64,000 nt of DNA, taken from positions 1-64,000 of IMG/VR virus record IMGVR_UViG_3300027749_000069; one strand, given 5' to 3'. Below are positions 17,668-27,286 of the stretch, one piece after another. The DNA comes from a virus (Duplodnaviria > Caudoviricetes). Position numbers and translations under genes: made by a program. Below the pieces are notes generated by a model that did no database searches, had not been told where the DNA came from, and saw only the letters and a list, made by a program, of their open reading frames with translations. The stretch's first letter is position 1; every line of letters starts with the position of its first letter.

Positions 17668-19494
17668 ATGGCAAATCAAAATCCTACCGTCTTTCAGAAA
17701 CTAACAAGAATGTTTGGTTTTCCGGGTCAAGTTAAAGCTGACCAGGCACCATCATTCAATTTCAACAAAGATGAATTATTAAAAACGGATAGTAGAGAAG
17801 ATTATGAGAAGGCAATGTTACAGGCTCAACAGAGTCAATATATCGCTGACAAATGGACAAAATTAGATCAATCTCTCTATAACCAATCGGTTTATTATGA
17901 ACCGAATAGAATGGCAGCATACTACGACTATGAATCTATGGAGTTTACTCCTGAAGTTTCGGCGGCGTTAGACATATACGCTGAAGAATCAACTACAATG
18001 TCAGAAAAGGGTGAAATCCTTACCATATATTCTGAATCGGATAGAATCAAATCAATACTTGAAGATTTATTCCATACAAAAATGGACATCAATACTAACC
18101 TACAAATGTGGGCTCGTGGTATGTCAAAGTATGGTGATGATTTTGTTTATTTAAAGATAGACCCTGAAAAAGGTATTGTTGGAGTTCAACAATTACCAAA
18201 TATTGAGATTGAAAGAATTGAAGGAGCATCTGCTAAAACATCTGGTCCTCATGATATTAAAGTTCCAACACGTGAATTAAGATTCCAATGGAAGAATAAA
18301 GATTTAGAATTTCAAGCGTGGGAAGTTGCTCACTTTAGATTATTAGGTGACGATAGAAAATTACCATACGGTACTTCTATGTTAGATAAGATTAGAAGAA
18401 TTTGGAAACAACTTTTACTTGCTGAAGATGCTATGTTAATCTATAGAACATCAAGAGCACCTGAAAGACGTGTGTTTAAAATATTTGTTGGTAATATGGA
18501 CGATAAAGATATTGAATCTTACGTACAAAAAGTTGCCAATAAATTTAAACGTAGTCCTATTTCAGATCCACGTAATGGTCAGGTAGATATGAGATATAAC
18601 CAAATGGCGGTTGACCAAGATTATTTTGTTCCTGTTCGTGATGCGTCACAAACAATGCCAATTGAAACTTTACCTGGTGCACAAAACTTAGGTGAAATTG
18701 CGGATATTGAATATATCCAAAAGAAAATGTTGGCAGCACTTCGTATTCCTAAAGCATTTTTAGGATTTGAAGAAGTGGTTGGTGATGGAAAAAATCTTGC
18801 ATTAATGGATATTCGTTTTGCAAGAACAATTAATAAAATACAAAAATCATTAATACAAGAGTTAAATAAAGTTGCATTAATTCATTTATATCTTCTAGGT
18901 ATGGAAGATGAATTGAATAATTTTACTTTATCATTAACTAACCCATCAGCACAGTCTGATTTGTTAAGACTAGAGCAGTGGAAGGAAAAGGTAACACTTT
19001 ACAAAGATGCGACTTCCGACCAGTCTCAAGTTGGTATCTTGCCTGTGTCGCATACATGGGCAAAGAAGAATATTTTAGGATTTAGTGACAGTGAAGTCGT
19101 ACTTGATTTACAACAACAACGTTTAGAAAGAGCTATAGGTTTTGAATTAACTAATACACAGAATATTATTAAACGATCAGGTGTGTTCGATGAGGTTGAT
19201 TCCAAATACGGAATCCCTGAAGAAGAAAGAGAAAAACTTGAAGCCGCAGGAGCCTTAGGTGGTGAAAATCCTGGTGGAGGTGGTATGGATATGGGTGGAG
19301 GTGAATCACCTGAACCAACATCACCGGCAGGCGGAGGAGAACCACCATTAAGTGAATCTAAATCAAAGAAATCAAAGATATTAGGTATGTTAGGTGAAGA
19401 AAAAGAAGATTTTAGTGCACTATTTGATATGAAACGCGCACAACAGAATATTTATGAGATAGAGAATAAATTGAAGGATATTTTAAATGACTAA
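17668..19494 (+). CDS. portal protein (T4 gp20-like)
   Basis: AEDAMLIYRTSRAPERRVFKIFVGN, IETLPGAQNL, ALRIPK. Confidence 0.95.
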   Translation: MANQNPTVFQKLTRMFGFPGQVKADQAPSFNFNKDELLKTDSREDYEKAMLQAQQSQYIADKWTKLDQSLYNQSVYYEPNRMAAYYDYESMEFTPEVSAALDIYAEESTTMSEKGEILTIYSESDRIKSILEDLFHTKMDINTNLQMWARGMSKYGDDFVYLKIDPEKGIVGVQQLPNIEIERIEGASAKTSGPHDIKVPTRELRFQWKNKDLEFQAWEVAHFRLLGDDRKLPYGTSMLDKIRRIWKQLLLAEDAMLIYRTSRAPERRVFKIFVGNMDDKDIESYVQKVANKFKRSPISDPRNGQVDMRYNQMAVDQDYFVPVRDASQTMPIETLPGAQNLGEIADIEYIQKKMLAALRIPKAFLGFEEVVGDGKNLALMDIRFARTINKIQKSLIQELNKVALIHLYLLGMEDELNNFTLSLTNPSAQSDLLRLEQWKEKVTLYKDATSDQSQVGILPVSHTWAKKNILGFSDSEVVLDLQQQRLERAIGFELTNTQNIIKRSGVFDEVDSKYGIPEEEREKLEAAGALGGENPGGGGMDMGGGESPEPTSPAGGGEPPLSESKSKKSKILGMLGEEKEDFSALFDMKRAQQNIYEIENKLKDILND

Positions 19495-19496
19495 AA

Positions 19497-20234
19497 ATGA
19501 ACAAATTCGGATTAATAAAAAGTAAATTATTAACTAAATTAACTGAATCTTATGCTAATGAAAATAAAGCAGAGATTAAAGATATTTTAACTACAATTAA
19601 AGAAAACAAAGATTTTAAAGAAATGTATTTGTTTTATGAAGAAATTGAAAACAAATATATTGACGACAAAGAAACTGCACAGTTATTTGTTGAGGGTGTT
19701 ATTAACATCTTAAAACAACAAATGGGTGAGTTGAGTAATTTCTGCACATCATTAAATAAAATGATTAATGTGGAATCAATCAATGAAAACGAAATATACA
19801 ATTCATTAGACGTTTTAACTGAAAATGATAGTTTATCAAATATTGAAAAGAAAGTAAAAGCGAAAAAGAAATTAGTAGAACATTTAACAACTAAAAAGGA
19901 AATCAAAGAATCTAAAGATTCAACATTAATTCCAAATGAAAATTTATTAAATGCGGTTTTAACAAATAACTTTAATGTTCTTTATTCTAATACATTATCG
20001 GAACAACAAAAAGAAGAGTTAAAGAACATCCTTTCTTTATCTCATGAAGATATATTAACTAAAACAACTGAATTAAAGGAATCTATCATCAATCAAGTAT
20101 CTACACTTATAAGTGAATCAAATGAAACTGATTTATCAACTAAATTAAAGAAGGTAAAAGATGAGGTTAACGAAATGTTCCCATCTAAATTAAATTACTA
20201 CAGATTAACAGAATTAAAAAATGGACTTAATTAA
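19497..20234 (+). CDS. hypothetical helical protein in the head module
   Basis: 245-aa ORF directly after portal. Confidence 0.7.
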   Translation: MNKFGLIKSKLLTKLTESYANENKAEIKDILTTIKENKDFKEMYLFYEEIENKYIDDKETAQLFVEGVINILKQQMGELSNFCTSLNKMINVESINENEIYNSLDVLTENDSLSNIEKKVKAKKKLVEHLTTKKEIKESKDSTLIPNENLLNAVLTNNFNVLYSNTLSEQQKEELKNILSLSHEDILTKTTELKESIINQVSTLISESNETDLSTKLKKVKDEVNEMFPSKLNYYRLTELKNGLN

Positions 20235-20418
20235 GTCCATTTCTTTTTTGTTGTATATAAACCGCTTTCAATCTTTCAGTTCTTTTTTTAACAGAGGGTT
20301 TTACAAACTCCTGTCTTTCTCTTAATTTTTGAACTTGTTTTGTTTTTTGAACTTTTTGTTTATAAGTTCTTAAAGCAGTTTCAATACTTTTCTCTTTTTG
20401 TAAATCAATTATAATCAT
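20227..20418 (-). CDS. rpsU: 30S ribosomal protein bS21
   Basis: SIETALRTYKQK...LRERQEFVKPSVKKR...KAVYIQ; 63 aa; Bacteroidota-like. Confidence 0.92.
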   Translation of the reverse strand: MIIIDLQKEKSIETALRTYKQKVQKTKQVQKLRERQEFVKPSVKKRTERLKAVYIQQKRNGLN

Positions 20419-20436
20419 ATATAAATAAATATATTA

Positions 20437-20469
20437 CAAATATATGAAAGTATTTTTGGAATAATCAAA
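20437..20469 (-). promoter_or_regulatory. Bacteroidota primary-sigma promoter for bS21
   Basis: Minus strand TTTG (20469-20466), 21 nt, TATATTTG (20444-20437); TATTTAT also at 20431-20425. Confidence 0.55.
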
Positions 20470-20523
20470 TATTTTATTTATTTTTTATAAAACACCATAA
20501 AATAAAAATAATATGAAATTATA

Positions 20524-20949
20524 ATGAAAATTGGTAAGTATATTCCATTGGGAACATACAATGAAGTAAAAATCGGTTATGGTACTGTAGATTTTAAAAA
20601 TCTGAAAACCATATATCTTAAATTAAATTCGTGGTTACAACCCGAAAACGAAACGGACGACTTTAACCATTTGATTGGAAAATCAAGAAGAAAGGTTAAA
20701 GAAATAATATACAACTTAAAAAGTCCGTATTTTAAAGACCAATCTATTGTTGATTTAGATGTTAGAACTAAAGGAATTAAGTTAGAAAAGAGGTCCTTTA
20801 TGAATTTGGAAGTAACATTATATGTTAACAATCAATTCGATATTAAATCAAAAGATGTTAAATTAATCATTAATGATTTATTCGAACATATTGTAGATGA
20901 GGGGTTATCTGATAAAAAACTATTCAATTTTTACAAAACAAAGAAATAA
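20524..20949 (+). CDS. hypothetical protein
   Basis: 141-aa ORF divergent from bS21. Confidence 0.7.
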   Translation: MKIGKYIPLGTYNEVKIGYGTVDFKNLKTIYLKLNSWLQPENETDDFNHLIGKSRRKVKEIIYNLKSPYFKDQSIVDLDVRTKGIKLEKRSFMNLEVTLYVNNQFDIKSKDVKLIINDLFEHIVDEGLSDKKLFNFYKTKK

Positions 20950-20987
20950 GTTAGATATTGATGTATTTATAGTAATAAAAACTATAA

Positions 20988-21671
20988 ATGAAGGTATTAG
21001 GACCAAAAGAAACCGGCAGAGGATTATTAATCGAATACGATGCTGGTCACGTATCTCCAGACGAAAATAAAAAAATAATTTCAGAAATGAAGAACATGGA
21101 CTTCTCACAGGACATGATTCTTTATGCTGTTTTACAAAAATACGACACTCCAAATAAGAATGGAAGGATTTATCCTGAGATGTTACTTAAGAGAGAAAAC
21201 GAGAAATACCAAACAATTATTAAGAAGGGTGGAGCTTTAAATGAGTTAAATCACCCAACATCATCACTTATTGATTTAGATAGAATTTCACATTCAATTC
21301 TAGAGACATGGTGGGATGGTAAAATCCTTATGGGTAAAATTAAATTATTCACTTCTCCAGGTTGGAAGAAGATGGGTATTGTTTCTACCAAAGGAGACCA
21401 AGCTGCGATGTTATTAATGAACGGAGCAACTTTAGGTATATCTTCTCGTGGTGTAGGTTCACTTAAACAAGTTAAAGGTGAGAACATTGTACAAGACGAT
21501 TTTGAATTAGTTTGTTTTGATTTAGTTTCATCTCCATCTACACCTGGGGCATATGTTTTTAGTGACCCATCTGAAAGAGACCAATACCAAGAATCAACAG
21601 TTGAGAAACCCGTAGTCGAGGACAGAATGAAAAAACTAATGGGTAGATTAGATACATTTCTATCTAAATAA
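20988..21671 (+). CDS. prohead core protease (T4 gp21-like)
   Basis: NKNGRIYP, ELNHP, LGISSRGVGS, FDLVSSPSTPGA. Confidence 0.93.
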   Translation: MKVLGPKETGRGLLIEYDAGHVSPDENKKIISEMKNMDFSQDMILYAVLQKYDTPNKNGRIYPEMLLKRENEKYQTIIKKGGALNELNHPTSSLIDLDRISHSILETWWDGKILMGKIKLFTSPGWKKMGIVSTKGDQAAMLLMNGATLGISSRGVGSLKQVKGENIVQDDFELVCFDLVSSPSTPGAYVFSDPSERDQYQESTVEKPVVEDRMKKLMGRLDTFLSK

Positions 21672-21759
21672 TTAATTAATTAGGGGTGGGAATATTGAAA
21701 TAGTCAATTTTTCCAAATTTCCAAGTATTTATAAGGTAATAAAACAACAAATTTTACAA

Positions 21760-22998
21760 ATGAGCGAAAAATCTATTTTAGAACAAGCGTTACTTCAAGT
21801 GCAAAACCTTGAAGAAGCTGTTAAGCAAAATGCAAAAGGTATACTTGCTTCAACAATGAAACAAGAACTAAGCGACTTGCTTAAAGAATCATTAGAAGAA
21901 GAGGAGAAGTTAGATCCAATGGGTGAACAACCTGAAGATGAAACTAAACCTGACGAAGAGGAAAAAGATGTAACAACAGATGATGAAGCCGACACCGATG
22001 GTGAAGATGCTGATACTGATGTTGATAATGATGACACAGACCTCGATAATGAACCAAGTAAAGGAATCGATGATTTAGATTCTGAAGCTGGCGACGATGC
22101 CGACACATCTATGGATGATTTAGGTACTGAACCATCTGCAGAAGAAGGAACCGATGACGAAGACGTTATGGACATGACAGGTGCTTCTGATGAAGAAGTT
22201 CTTAAAGTTTTTAAAGCTATGAAACCAGAAGATGGTATTGTAGTTAAGAAAGATGGTAATAACGTTGAATTTGCTAACGGTCAAGATGAGTATATCATCA
22301 AACTTGATAGTGAGGAAACTCCTGAAGTTGATACAGATATGGATACAGATTTAGATACTGATATGGGTTCTGAAATGGACACAGATTTAGATAAAAAAAC
22401 TGACGAAACTTCTGACGATACTGATATGGATGAAACTTTATATGAAATTGAGTTAGGTGAAGAAGAAGACGAAGATGAAGTTAAGGAAGTGGAAGCTTCT
22501 GAAGGTGAATCTAAAGAAGTTGAAGTTGGTGAAGCTGCAAGAACATTGGGTAACGATGTTAGAAAACCAGCCGACCAAGGTAAAAAATATAAAGCAGGTC
22601 GTCATGAAATGAACGAAGAAGTTGAAAAGTTGAAGAAACAAAATTCTGAATACAAGAAAGCTTTAATTCTTTTCAAAGACAAGCTTAATGAAGTTGCCGT
22701 ATTCAACGCAAACTTAGCTTATGCTACTCGTTTATTCACTGAACATTCTACAACAAAACAAGAGAAATTGAATATTTTAAAGAGATTTGATTCTATTTCT
22801 TCTATGAATGAAGCTAAAACTTTATTCAACACAATAAAAACTGAATTAGGTACTAAAACAACTGTAACTGAATCAGTGGCTGAAAAAATCACTAACATGC
22901 CATCAACATCTACTTCTACTGAGGTTTTAGCTGAGTCAAAAGCTTACGAAAATCCACAGTTCAAAAGAATGAAAGATTTGATGACAAAAATAAAATAA
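21760..22998 (+). CDS. prohead scaffold/core protein (gp22-like)
   Basis: Highly acidic with a coiled-coil C-terminal part; located between protease and major capsid genes. Confidence 0.75.
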   Translation: MSEKSILEQALLQVQNLEEAVKQNAKGILASTMKQELSDLLKESLEEEEKLDPMGEQPEDETKPDEEEKDVTTDDEADTDGEDADTDVDNDDTDLDNEPSKGIDDLDSEAGDDADTSMDDLGTEPSAEEGTDDEDVMDMTGASDEEVLKVFKAMKPEDGIVVKKDGNNVEFANGQDEYIIKLDSEETPEVDTDMDTDLDTDMGSEMDTDLDKKTDETSDDTDMDETLYEIELGEEEDEDEVKEVEASEGESKEVEVGEAARTLGNDVRKPADQGKKYKAGRHEMNEEVEKLKKQNSEYKKALILFKDKLNEVAVFNANLAYATRLFTEHSTTKQEKLNILKRFDSISSMNEAKTLFNTIKTELGTKTTVTESVAEKITNMPSTSTSTEVLAESKAYENPQFKRMKDLMTKIK

Positions 22999-23024
22999 AC
23001 TAAAAAAAACAAAATATTTTAAAA

Positions 23025-24749
23025 ATGGGAGCATTATTAGAATCAGGTATGGTTGGTAACATCGGATTAAAACATTTACGTGTTATCAAGGAAGATACCA
23101 TTAAAAAATGGGACGAATTAGGTTTCTTAGAAAACTTAGAAGGTCACCAAAAAGATAATATCGCGCAATTGTATGAAAACCAAGCGTCATATTTGATTAA
23201 CGAAGCGGCTGTGGCAGATTCTTCAGGTTCTTTTGAAACTGTAGTTTTCCCTATTATCCGTCGTGTATTCTCTAAATTATTAGCGAATGACATCGTATCA
23301 GTACAAGCAATGAACTTACCAATTGGTAAATTGTTCTTCTTTGTACCTAAAATCCAAGAAAGAGATAATAGTAATAATCACTATTCTCCTTATGGATACC
23401 CAAGTACAGGTGCTACAACTGATGGTTATAACACAGGTGCTAAGAATCTTTACGATCGTTTCTACGAGAATAGTGATTCTAACAACCAAGGTCTTTTTGA
23501 TTATTCAAAAGGTTCTTTCTCAGTTGAAACCGCTTCAGTTATTGAAATGGTTACATTCAGTGAAGGTGTTGCATCTACAAAAAGTGCAATTGCTACAGGT
23601 GTTACAGTTTCAAATGTAATTTTATCAGTTTCTGGTTTTACAGCAATAGGTGCTGGTAAATTAGCTGGACCTAATGGTCAAGAAATGGACACTGAAGAGT
23701 TCTTAGCTTCTTTACAAGTTACTTGTAGTCAAGTAAAATCTGGTGATTTACCAATCAATATCGTAACTCAAAAGTACGGTAAAGGTATTGTTGAATACGG
23801 TAAGAAAACTGCAGGTGTTACAGGTCAATTCAATGACATTTGTGACGCTAACGGTATCATCTACATTAATGTAGATTTACAATCTTACAGTGCTACTGCA
23901 GGTTTCACTGATTACACTGTTGCTGGATCAACATTAGCGGCTGGTGACTTCGCAGTTACTTACCGTCAATACGCATCTTTAGAATTTGAAGATCAAATCG
24001 GTGAGGTATCTTTTGATTTAGAATCAGTAACAGTTTCTGTAACTGAAAGAAAATTAAGAGCTAGCTGGTCTCCTGAATTGGCTCAAGACGTTAGTGCATT
24101 CCACAACATCGATGCTGAAGCTGAATTAACAGCTTTATTATCTGAGCAAATCGCAGCTGAAGTTGACCGTGAAATCTTACGTGATTTACGTAAAGGTGCA
24201 GCATGGAAAGCTAAATGGGATTACAATGGTTGGAAATACGGAGGAACTGGTGGTGCAACTTTACAAGGTTACACACAAAAAGACTGGAACCAAACTTTAG
24301 TTACTAAAGTTAACCAAATTTCAGCTCAAATCCATAAAACAACCTTAAGAGGTGGTGCAAACTGGGTAGTAGTTTCTTCTGAAGTTTCTGCAGTATTTGA
24401 TGATTTGGAATATTTCCACGTATCAAACGCAGCTCCTGAGCAAGATTCTTACAACATGGGTATTGAAAAAATCGGTTCTTTGGCAGGTCGCTACCAAGTT
24501 TACCGTGATCCTTACTTCCCAGCTAACAAAATCTTGATTGGTCATAAAGGAAAATCTTTATTGGATGCAGGTTATGTATACGCACCATATGTGCCATTAC
24601 AATTGACTCCAACAATGTACAATCCTTTCACAATGACTCCTATCAAAGGTATCATGACTCGTTACGCGAAAAAAATGGTGAATAACAGGTACTTCGGGAT
24701 TATTGATGTACAAGGTATCACAACATTTGATATGAATACATTAAGATAA
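23025..24749 (+). CDS. major capsid protein (T4 gp23-like)
   Basis: VSVQAMNLPIG, RKLRASWSPELAQD, DAEAELTALLSEQIAAEVDREI, YAPYVPL, GIMTRY. Confidence 0.97.
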   Translation: MGALLESGMVGNIGLKHLRVIKEDTIKKWDELGFLENLEGHQKDNIAQLYENQASYLINEAAVADSSGSFETVVFPIIRRVFSKLLANDIVSVQAMNLPIGKLFFFVPKIQERDNSNNHYSPYGYPSTGATTDGYNTGAKNLYDRFYENSDSNNQGLFDYSKGSFSVETASVIEMVTFSEGVASTKSAIATGVTVSNVILSVSGFTAIGAGKLAGPNGQEMDTEEFLASLQVTCSQVKSGDLPINIVTQKYGKGIVEYGKKTAGVTGQFNDICDANGIIYINVDLQSYSATAGFTDYTVAGSTLAAGDFAVTYRQYASLEFEDQIGEVSFDLESVTVSVTERKLRASWSPELAQDVSAFHNIDAEAELTALLSEQIAAEVDREILRDLRKGAAWKAKWDYNGWKYGGTGGATLQGYTQKDWNQTLVTKVNQISAQIHKTTLRGGANWVVVSSEVSAVFDDLEYFHVSNAAPEQDSYNMGIEKIGSLAGRYQVYRDPYFPANKILIGHKGKSLLDAGYVYAPYVPLQLTPTMYNPFTMTPIKGIMTRYAKKMVNNRYFGIIDVQGITTFDMNTLR

Positions 24750-24770
24750 TCTTAGGATTAACATAATGAG

Positions 24771-24799
24771 AAACCCTCGTAGAAATACGGGGGTTTTTT
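24771..24799 (+). terminator. intrinsic terminator after the major capsid gene
   Basis: AAACCCTCGTA-gaaa-TACGGGGGTTT plus T run. Confidence 0.8.
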
Positions 24800-24802
24800 A
24801 TT

Positions 24803-24834
24803 TTTGGTATATTCCAGAATATTACTTATATTTG
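24803..24834 (+). promoter_or_regulatory. Bacteroidota primary-sigma promoter
   Basis: TTTG (24803-24806), 20 nt, TATATTTG (24827-24834); ATG 5 nt later. Confidence 0.65.
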
Positions 24835-24839
24835 CTATT

Positions 24840-25145
24840 ATGTTAGAAATTAACTATGAAATATTAAGATTGGACGTATTGACCAAACTCATTGATGAGA
24901 GGGGAATTTCTTGTAAAAACAAGAAAGATATGATGATTGAACACCTTAAAATGGACGATGAGGGTAAGTATATCCGTGAGACAACCTACGAAAAGGAAGG
25001 AGGTCGGTTTTTGGTGGGTATAGACCTCAAAAATCACACCCAATTGATTCAGATGGGTAAGTTAGTGGAAAAGAAAGAGGCTCACCCTAAAGGTCTCTAT
25101 GCGTCAGATAGGATATATTTCATATCAAATCAAAAATTAATATAA
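24840..25145 (+). CDS. hypothetical protein with a SAP/HeH-like N-terminus
   Basis: YEILRLDVLTKLIDERGI..KNKKDMMIEHL; start reassigned to 24840. Confidence 0.55.
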   Translation: MLEINYEILRLDVLTKLIDERGISCKNKKDMMIEHLKMDDEGKYIRETTYEKEGGRFLVGIDLKNHTQLIQMGKLVEKKEAHPKGLYASDRIYFISNQKLI

Positions 25146-25898
25146 TTACCAGCTACGGCAACTCCAGTACCTTGGTTTCCAACGTGGACCTGGGTTATCA
25201 CAATTCATACGTGCTCTGAATGATTTGCGTCTTGCAGGGTTGTTTTTCTTAATAACCATTCGTTTACCTTTAGCGGATTTACCACCAAAACCAAAGTTTA
25301 CTTTAACGACTTTACCTTTGTCATTCTTAACATAAACTTTAGATTTCTTTACATCCCCTTGCATGATTTTACCTAATTGAACTTTACGTCCTTGGTATTC
25401 TGCTTCATTTAATAAACCACCGTTATATTCAAAATTGGTGTTTTCAACAGAACCGTCCTCATCTTCGTATATTAATACGGGAGTTTCTTCATTGTATTCA
25501 AATAATCTTTGGAATTGATCTTCCGTTATTTGTATAATTAATTTTTTTTCCATACTCTCATCAAATTTAGTCATTGTTGGTTTATTACCCTTACCTACTT
25601 TTGGGTCTTTCTTTTCGGCTCTTCTTTTTTGTGATGTCATAGCCTTCTTTTCTTTTTTATCATATGAAGATGCAACTTTTGGAGTTTCTTTTGAAACTTT
25701 TTTAGATGGTCTACATTTTGGATATGATTTACCATCCACATCTTTTCTACCACATGGAGGATGTTTACCATCTACTTTTTTACTAACATCTACCCACTTC
25801 TCTTTAAACCATCTGCGTAAATCTTCTTTTAGAACCTCACCAGATTTTATAGATTCTTCAATATATTTTTTATCTTCTTTTGAAACAATTATTTTCAT
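25146..25898 (-). CDS. basic two-module phage protein
   Basis: LRRWFKEKWVD..PCGR..YPKCRP module and KVNFG..RKSFRARMNC..RYWSCRSW module, each preceded by a KII/LxE-type segment. Confidence 0.7.
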   Translation of the reverse strand: MKIIVSKEDKKYIEESIKSGEVLKEDLRRWFKEKWVDVSKKVDGKHPPCGRKDVDGKSYPKCRPSKKVSKETPKVASSYDKKEKKAMTSQKRRAEKKDPKVGKGNKPTMTKFDESMEKKLIIQITEDQFQRLFEYNEETPVLIYEDEDGSVENTNFEYNGGLLNEAEYQGRKVQLGKIMQGDVKKSKVYVKNDKGKVVKVNFGFGGKSAKGKRMVIKKNNPARRKSFRARMNCDNPGPRWKPRYWSCRSW

Positions 25899-25899
25899 A

Positions 25900-26661
25900 T
25901 TATAATTTAGTATCTTTTATAAACTTTTTATGTGAATCTTTATATGATTTTTGTGTCTCATCATAAACATCTTTGGTGTATTGCCAATTCCAATATAAGT
26001 CATTATTTGTTTTAAACCCATAAAATTCATGAATTTTCTTTTGTAAATCATTTACATTAGAACCATTAAAATTTTGACCTGTACATATAAAACCTGTCTC
26101 TATATCTTTAACAAGATTTGATTCACCTAATGTCTCGTGTCTATTCTCAATCCAAGTTAATCTTTCAATTAGGTTTTGATAAAACATATTTGTTTGTCCC
26201 CATCTAATTGAACTGAAAAATACAACTGCATCAGATTCAAATAATTCTTTACTTATTTTCCAAAGTTCGTCCTTTGGGTTATTAATACTAGCCCAACATC
26301 TATGGTGTCCACTTGGGTTTTTATCTTTATCTTTTAATTTAGCCTTTAAGACCCCACAACCATTACCGTCCTTCCTTGATACATTACCCTCACAAGGAAC
26401 TATATTTAGTTCAGAAACATCTATTAATGTTGACTTATTACCCAATTCATCCTTAAGATACATCGCAATCATTTTAGATTTTGGTATATCAATATCATTT
26501 TTGTCCCAATTATGTCTATTAGAACAACTTAATAATAAAACTTTTTTCTTATTTTTAAGAACGTCCAATGTCTTTTTTAAAGATTTCCAAGCATCAGATT
26601 GTACCATCTCCTCAGAAATCATCATTTGCTTAATCCTTTGTATGTTCTCTTGTAAGTTCAT
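25900..26661 (-). CDS. flavodoxin-like / NAD(P)H-dependent FMN reductase family protein
   Basis: VLLLSCSNR, PCEGNVS, HRCW, ESDAVVFFSSIRWG, LIERL. Confidence 0.75.
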   Translation of the reverse strand: MNLQENIQRIKQMMISEEMVQSDAWKSLKKTLDVLKNKKKVLLLSCSNRHNWDKNDIDIPKSKMIAMYLKDELGNKSTLIDVSELNIVPCEGNVSRKDGNGCGVLKAKLKDKDKNPSGHHRCWASINNPKDELWKISKELFESDAVVFFSSIRWGQTNMFYQNLIERLTWIENRHETLGESNLVKDIETGFICTGQNFNGSNVNDLQKKIHEFYGFKTNNDLYWNWQYTKDVYDETQKSYKDSHKKFIKDTKL

Positions 26662-27273
26662 CTATTTAGATTTTCTCCAACCACCACCTTTTGATTTATA
26701 ATGTTTTGCGGCCGCACCATTACAATATGCACTTGGACAAACATCATATTTTGACCTCGCCCAAGCTAATGATGACGCCCATAATTTTGGATTTGTTGGT
26801 GTATTTTTACTTTCGTCTATTTCACCATATGACTCATTTTTAGATTCAACACCTTTTTTCTTCATATTGATGGCAATTGCGGATTGTTGAGCAGGACTAC
26901 TTGCTTCACTTACAGGTACACAATTCGGTACCATTTTACCATTTTTCTTCTTACTACCAACTTGTTTGTAACCGTCCCAACACTTCTCGTTAAGTTCTGT
27001 TTCCTCGTTAATATTCTTTTGATCAAAATATCCTCTAATGAAATTAGCCACTTCTTGTACGTCATCCTTAGATGTTGAAATATGGTCACCAGCCCAAGCA
27101 TGTTCACCAGTAACTAAATTAACAAATTGTTCGTGATGTTTATAATGTAAAATGGTTTCAATGTCATTTTTCATTTGAAGTAGGTTACTTAAAACCATAT
27201 ATGTTCCATCGTTAGATGTTTGATTTTCAACTATTTTCTTTAATTGAGCTTCACTGATTATAATTTTCGTCAT
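26662..27273 (-). CDS. modular basic phage protein
   Basis: Start reassigned to MTKIIISEAQLKKIVE; CWDGYKQVG...VPNCVP and NPKLW...PSAY...YKSKGGGW modules. Confidence 0.7.
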   Translation of the reverse strand: MTKIIISEAQLKKIVENQTSNDGTYMVLSNLLQMKNDIETILHYKHHEQFVNLVTGEHAWAGDHISTSKDDVQEVANFIRGYFDQKNINEETELNEKCWDGYKQVGSKKKNGKMVPNCVPVSEASSPAQQSAIAINMKKKGVESKNESYGEIDESKNTPTNPKLWASSLAWARSKYDVCPSAYCNGAAAKHYKSKGGGWRKSK

Positions 27274-27286
27274 GTTAATAAATATT

